26,831 nucleotides of DNA, from positions 1 through 26,831 of the forward strand of contig CBFFRP010000325.1 in assembly GCA_965644295.1 (NCBI GenBank). Direction: 5' to 3'. A program made the position numbers and the translations under genes. The DNA comes from Paraphysomonas bandaiensis. Its lineage: Eukaryota > Protista > Chrysophyceae. Within the stretch, counting starts at the first letter, position 1. Every line of letters starts with the position of its first letter. The notes beneath the pieces were generated by a model. That model was not told where the DNA came from and did no database searches. It saw nothing but the letters and a program-made list of their open reading frames with translations. Below, piece by piece: positions 20,086 through 26,831 of the stretch.

Positions 20086-23000
20086 ATGGAGAGGGAAAAA
20101 GGGAACTCGATCTTTTTCATAGGAGCTGTATCATCATATACATCCGGATATAAACACACTGAATTGCGAGTTTCAAATAGAGTTGCAACGACGTTAATAA
20201 AGTCATCGTTGTTGTTGACGTTATGGACTTTAATGAAAGTATTTACTTAAAGAAATGCGTTCAAACAAAAGACATAATTGATGACGAGGAGGGAGCTGAA
20301 AAGGAGTCTCTGAACGAATATGATTTCCCGGACCTTCCTCATGACTCCGCGAGCAAACTTTCTCCAACAGAAGTTCGAAAATATTTTGGAGAGGGCGCCA
20401 GAGAGCGCTTTTTTGTTCGTTCACAGTGGCTTAATAAGCAGCGATTATTGTCATGTAATCCCCCGCCAAGCAATGTTCGATCGACCCCAAGAAAGCTGCC
20501 CAGTCTGTTAACCATGGGAGAATTGAACTCATCCTCTAGAGTTAGGGCGCCTTCAAGACATAAATTAGTTCGCAGCTCGTCACCTCCCCCATTAGACTTT
20601 TCCGCTATGTCTCCTGTAGAGAGGTGTAGAGCCGGTCTAGTAGGGTATCGCCGACCTCTACCGTCTCGAACCGAATCCCAGCAGCGTTCCACCAAGAAAC
20701 GCAGTCAGATCACACTCCGAAACCGCATCAAATTTCAGAAGCAGCAAGTTGAGCAGTTGCCTGTTTTTGAGGACATCCTTAACGATGACGATGCCCAAAT
20801 ATTTGTGAAGCATTTGGCCGATGAGTCTGTAGCCAGTATAGTAGCTGCAGAAGTGACTGAGACATCCTCCCTCAATGGAGAACTGGACAACGATGATGAA
20901 CCCTATCTGCTTGGAGGACCATCCCTCAGCCCCGGGGGCAAAACGTATGTGGATTCAATACGCTCTCAAACACCCGATTTGCATAATGTTAGTAACACCA
21001 TGGTGCGTCCTGCTACCCCTAGAAGCAAGTTCATCATGAGGTGTCTGGCGAATAAGATGAATCCACGCGCTAACGTATTAGTGAGAAAGAAATTGACAAA
21101 TGAAGTCAATTTGCAGCACTATGGTATGGGAGATGGCATTGCATCACAGTTCGCGGCATCTATTTCTGACCTTCCTTATGTCAATAGCATGAATGTAGCT
21201 GATAATAACCTCACAGATAGCGGTAAGTGCGGAATGCAGTTGGTGATGGTATGTTTGTTGCATAATATGCCCCACATAATATACTTTGTATCTGGAGTGC
21301 GTATAGAAATGACAAAATAATAAAATATACGAAGCAAAATGTACAACGTTTTGTCGTACCATGTTTCAATGATCAATATCGTGTAGTAAAGAGTGTACTG
21401 TTTTGACCGTGGTGGTTCACAGGTATGTGCCCTCTGTTATCTGCAGCTATGAGTATGCGCAATTTGACTGAATTAGACATGTCTGAGAATGTCATTGGCC
21501 CTATGGCTGCTGATTCACTGTCATTCCTCCTCTCTAAGCGCCCGTGCACTTTGGTGAAACTTGTGCTCCGCAAGGCTGATGTGGATGACTTTGAAGGGTC
21601 CAGATTCATCAACTGTCTGGTCGGAAATACTGTATTGACATCATTAGATCTCTCACGTAATAAGATTGGTCACGCTGAGACTCTCAACACTGTTCATCCC
21701 AATTTGATCACTGCGGCGGAGTCACTGGCTGCTCTGCTTCGTTCCAGTGAGTGTTCTCTACAGGAACTGATGCTATCGTGGAACATGATTCGACTGGACA
21801 GTGGACTTGAGCTTGCGCGGTCCTTGGCAGTAAACAAGTCATTGACCTATTTAGACTTGTCTTTTAACGCACTCGGTCATGACGGAGGCCAGGCATTGGG
21901 TGTGTCATTGATTGACAACCGATCTCTGCGAACCCTACTGTTGGTCAGTAACAACATTGATGCCACTGCCTGTTTCGTTATTTGCGTGGGCATAGAGCAG
22001 AATCCGTCTCTGCGCGTGGTGAGCCTCGATGAGAATCCTATCGGTGAACAGGGTGCCAGGTCTGTCATGAATGTGCCAACTGTTGTAGGGAGTCGAGTTA
22101 AACTGTCTGCGGCACGGTGCAACACTACCCTAAGAGATCCACAGTTTTGGTTCGATCAGAATTCTCCATGCCGAAAGTATTCCTTGGACATGTCAGTATC
22201 CTACGATAGGTCTGTCATGCTGAAGCTTTTAAATATTGTCGCCAATCACCCCACTTTCATAATTTCGAAAGCGCATTACCAACAAACGAAATCATCTAAG
22301 CCTACTAGTCTGAATCTTGTACAGGTAACTTGGCCTGTGTAATGATGCTCCTTATGATTCTGGCTGTCATCAGACTATGTTAAATGATATCGAGCAGTTT
22401 CTGGATGACAAGCAGCGACAGGTCAGGTTATAGGGAAATCAATTGTGTACATGTGATGCGATTTGTATAGATTCTGGATAATCTGCATCAATTGCGAGAT
22501 TGTGCAGATAACGTTGAACTTGTACGAGGTATGTTTGAGAAGTTTGATTCGGATGGGTCCGGGGAGTTGGACAAGAGTGGTAATTCGTACTAATCGAGTT
22601 TTACACACGATAACTGTTTAAATGCCATAGAATTTGCAGAAGTCCTGGATGGAATTGGAATTGAGCTCGAAGAAACGCAGTTGAACGATGTTATGTCATT
22701 ATACGACATGGACGGCGGAGGAACAATTGAGCTTGCTGAGTTTCTAAGCTTTGTGAAGTTACAATACGTTGAGGCTGTTTCCAGAATACGAGACATGACT
22801 GTCTCGCATGGTAAATTGGCTATTATCATTCTGTGTCAATGATCCATTAATGATTTGCAGCAATGGTCGAGGAAAATACTATGGAGACTCGATATGTACC
22901 TCCTCGCCATGGAATTGTGGAAATTGAGGTAGCCATCTAATCAATGTAGCTTATCCTGTTTTCCATATTATGGTTTGAGAGGACGATGAGTGCTTGAACA

Positions 23001-26000
23001 AAATTGCTTTAGATTCTCATATGTAGTGCATAGGTTGTCGACAGTTTTGTGAAGAAAGAAAACTTTAGTGTTTTAACAACGGACAACGAAGGTGTATCCT
23101 CAGAAATAGCTAAAGATATGGGTGTACGTAGGATTGTGTTTTGCTGTATTTCATTGACCTCCTCCAGGATGTCGCCACGATGTGCGCGTACGCATTTCAG
23201 AACTCAATGGTATGAGTTTTTTATGGTGATTGTGTTAGATATTTTAACCCGTTATGATTAGCTGAGATTAAAGGAAGCGGTTTCTTTCTACGATAAGATG
23301 TACTTGAATCTTGGTGACAAGGCGAGTGCGTTGTCGATTATTCTACCGCATGTGAGTATAGAAGGGGAGAATACTAGTGCTAGACTGTGTTAATATTTTA
23401 CAGATGCTTCTCTCTACAGAAGCAAGGATATTGGTATCAAAAGTTACCTTCGATGATTCCGTGCTGGTATGTTCGGTGTTGTACTGATTGTTATTTGCCT
23501 AATTATGTGTTTTAAGATCGGAAGAGTAAAGCAATCCTTGGGGTTTATAATGAGGTGGATTCAATATTACGTGCTTGATGAGTTTATCTGATCGTACATT
23601 AAGGCCGATATATGGGTTACCAAATGGTTACTATTGTTTGAACTTAGCAAGGAAAAGTGACAGGTATCGAATTATTTGCATTTCTATGTAGAACAAGTAT
23701 TCTTATGCTCTACTAAACCAGGGAATGCTTATCGAAATTGATAGAACTCAGTACAACATTAAATTCGAAAAGAATGGTCGCCAGTAAACTTGGAATAGGA
23801 AAGATTGGTGACGTGAGCCAAAAGAGGAACTGGACTTGCTTCAGAAACGAAAGGTTAGGAACTAATTATTGCTTCTGGAAATATTGTTGTAACTGTGCGT
23901 AGATTTAACGGCAAGCCAACCGAAATCACTATAACGTCGTTTACACCTATTCCCATGGTGCGTATTATTTTCCGCTAGTTTGAGCGATTATTTATTTATA
24001 TACTTCTAGTCTGGAAAGCTTGAGTTTGATTTTAGTGGAATTATTCTACAGCGACCTTCCAGCGAGCAGACTTTACTAAGTGATGTGAAGTGCTCTAAGG
24101 TACTACATGACTCTCTGCGTTTTCAGTTATTATAGTAATTACGTACTATCCACTCAGGTTCTATGTAATTTGTGCTTGCGTAATAAAGAAGATATTGACG
24201 AGAATATGAATTATTTAACTACTTTACACGAAGAAGCACTTGCATCGAATGAAGGTACTATATGCCAGTGGTGTTACACATTCTAATTGACTCTCTTTCC
24301 AAAGGGGATGGAAACACTGTTTTTGAACCAACACAAGATCGAGCTGAATTGGCTGGACGCATCTCTTATTTGTTTCAAGCTAATCTTCATAGACGCTGGG
24401 ATGATACATGTGATGTGAGTAGAATGTGGGGAAGTATTGCGTGGACTAACCCTCGTCGTTGTTGGATTGTTCAGAGCCTGGCCAAAGAAGAGGTAAAAAA
24501 TGATTTAGAATCATCTAAGCCTCAGGTGTGAAACGATTATAACGAAGTCTCTTCCAATTAATATTGTTTGTATCCATCAACAGGCCAACAAGAACAGAAG
24601 AGAGTAAGTGAGGTAACATTGTACATTTATTAGTGACGTATTTTTCCAGCTCTGCAGAGGCGGAAAACAATATTTCGTCAAGGTAGGCGTAATGAAGTAC
24701 CATAAATTATGCTGATAAGTTAATAAGGAGGCGCAGTAGCATTGGTCGAACTTTGGGTGACGCATCCAATAAGCGAGTTCTGGTCCGTACTATGAGTACT
24801 ATGTTATTTCATGCGTGAACTATTTTTTCTGCTTTAGCATCATAGCAACAGTAAAGTTGACAAAAGGGCAGATGAACAGGTACATTAGTTAATATATTAT
24901 ACGATTTATTACTTTTGAATATCTTCGTGCTGTACCAGGCCAATACGAGACGTCGACTGCAGCTATTGATGTGAGCTCCTTTCAGTGATATGCATGCGCT
25001 GACCCGGTTGTTTAGGAACTCGTCAGATGTCAGTGACCAGGCTAAATCTGCTAGAGTCATTGATCTGTGCTGCGATATGATTGGTGACTATTGGATTATG
25101 GCAAGGTGACCTTGTTTTAAAAGCAAGGAATCCCTATTCACTCTTATTCAGACATTTGGCGTGCTTAGTTCATTTCTTTACTGTCGGAAAGGTTAATAAG
25201 ACACCATATCATGGAACTTATAGGGTACGCATCAATTATACATGCACTCGTCCCATTCACGCTATTTCTGTATCTTTAGGTTGAATTAGTTGTGTCTTTG
25301 TATTCTCGAGTTGTCGATGTGCACAATATAGAGGTACTGTACTGTATGTTGTGACTGCCGTTGGATTTTATGATTTTGCGGAATAGTATCTTGAGGAGTA
25401 TGAGTATAGCACTTTCTAATAGGGTTGTATAGCTTGTAATGCGCGAACTGACCGCTGAAGAAGCAGGGTGCGTTTATAGCAGAATTGGGTGGTACGTTAA
25501 GTGTTATAGATAAAAAGTCGCTCCTGCTTAATATGATTATTGCGTTTCTATGTATTTTAGGTTGAATATATATAACCCCATGAAGCCTGAGGTAATTTGT
25601 TCATGCATTTTGCGGCGTTATGACGGTTGTTATTGCTGGTAAAGGGAGGATATGAGTTATCACTTAATAATTACGAAGAACGGCTGGTGGCTAAAACTTT
25701 AGTTGCCCTAGCCGTCGTAGAGCCAGGAGACAATATCATGAGTAAGTGGCGTATCGGCACCAATATTGGAAGTAATAAATATCTTGTACAGCCCCTAAGT
25801 TTAGATGGGATAGGAATATGGACCTCCAGCCTGGGTGGAACGTACCACAAGGGTGGCTCACAGGTTTGATAAATGTTTTTGTGACAATACATCTTATACA
25901 CTCTGTAAAAATATACTAATCGTTTCGGATATTTTGATTTTGATATATTTATGCGTTTCAGAGGAAGGAATGTCTAAGAAAGGGGTAGTGGCATTTACTT

Positions 26001-26440
26001 ACTTCTCTGGACAAGGAAAAGGGGCACGCGGCTGTGAACCAATAATTTCTATGCGCAAGGCTTTAATGAGCTTGGTAAGATATGTTCTTACATTCTTGAA
26101 TTTTCGTATGAGTATTTTATAAGTTTTAGCAGAATGCATGTGATCAAACAAGTATATTTTATTACTCCGATGTGGGTTAATATATTAAAAAATGTTTAGG
26201 TGGCTGTGTCTGAACGAGACGTTCAAGAGGACGACAGTATTAATGATTCTGAATCGCTTTTACCTGGGGAGGAGTACATGGTTAAGCACAAAGGTATGGC
26301 AGATATATTATGATATCATTTTCTTACATTATATTGTAGAGAAATGGATGAACTACTTTTATCCATCAACAAGCTATTCTAATTCGGAACCTTTCATGGT
26401 CAATAATACGACAGGTGTTCCTGAAGACGCAGAAGGGTAA
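20086..26440 (+). CDS. RNI-like leucine-rich-repeat protein with an EF-hand pair and three copies of an uncharacterised module, ~34 exons
   Basis: Likely first exon 20086-20127 (MEREKGNSIFFIGA) splices in phase to 20181. LRRs include LTELDMSENVIG, LTSLDLSRNKIG, LQELMLSWNMIR and LTYLDLSFNALG. EF-hands are FDSDGSGELDKSEF and YDMDGGGTIELAEF. About 33 GT-AG introns can be removed to give a continuous frame to TAA 26438-26440. Confidence 0.85.
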
Positions 26441-26695
26441 AAACAATGCGTCTGTTGCATTTGGGCCGCGATAAACTATGGTAGTCATAGTCAACTTGTT
26501 CAATAGTGATAAGAGTATCTATCTCTATTCTCATATTTCGAATGTGAATTTATACACAGTACAGTATCAATGGTATATGCCATATAAATTGTTGCAATAT
26601 ATATGATGTCATGTATTTGTTGGTGTTTTTGCATTTTTAACCATACCTATTTTACTCATTTGATAAATTAAAATGAACTTATGATTACTATTCGG

Positions 26696-26802
26696 TTAGG
26701 GTTAGGGCTAGGGTTATACGCTGTCCCCCGATAGCTCCTTACCCATTTGAGGTGTGGAGTTAGGGTTAGGGTTAGGGTTAGGGTTAGGGTTAGGGTTAGG
26801 GT
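26696..26802 (+). repeat. Telomeric TTAGGG repeats in two blocks
   Basis: TTAGGG TTAGGG CTAGGG TTA (26696-26716), a 43-nt spacer, then 7 perfect TTAGGG (26760-26801). The G-rich strand runs 5'->3' toward the end. Confidence 0.85.
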
Positions 26803-26831
26803 AGCAATACGTAACTGAACGAAGTACAAGG
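26803..26831 (-). other. Oxford Nanopore ligation adapter (technical sequence, not genomic)
   Basis: AGCAATACGTAACTGAACGAAGTACA is the reverse complement of the ONT adapter core TGTACTTCGTTCAGTTACGTATTGCT. Confidence 0.97.

Overview
Eukaryotic genomic DNA in the standard genetic code, with many ~45-60 nt GT-AG introns. Gene content and TTAGGG repeats suggest a protist, possibly a stramenopile such as a chrysophyte (inference only). Five apparently intact genes are present: an intronless RHBDL4/RHBDD1-type rhomboid protease (-), an 8-exon coiled-coil protein (+), a USP20/33-like USP+2xDUSP protein with both catalytic Cys and His replaced (-), an ADCK2-like ABC1 kinase (-), and a ~34-exon LRR + EF-hand protein carrying three copies of an unnamed module (+). 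Intergenic blocks hold decayed coding remnants, including an IS630/Tc1/mariner-type transposase, plus inverted repeats, long hairpins, a minisatellite and strongly TpA-rich, CpA-poor patches. The window ends in TTAGGG repeats joined directly to an untrimmed Oxford Nanopore adapter, so the right end is a physical molecule end and probably a chromosome end. I found no CRISPR array, tRNA or rRNA, and no clearly novel multi-gene system. Exon boundaries and dinucleotide counts were derived by hand.
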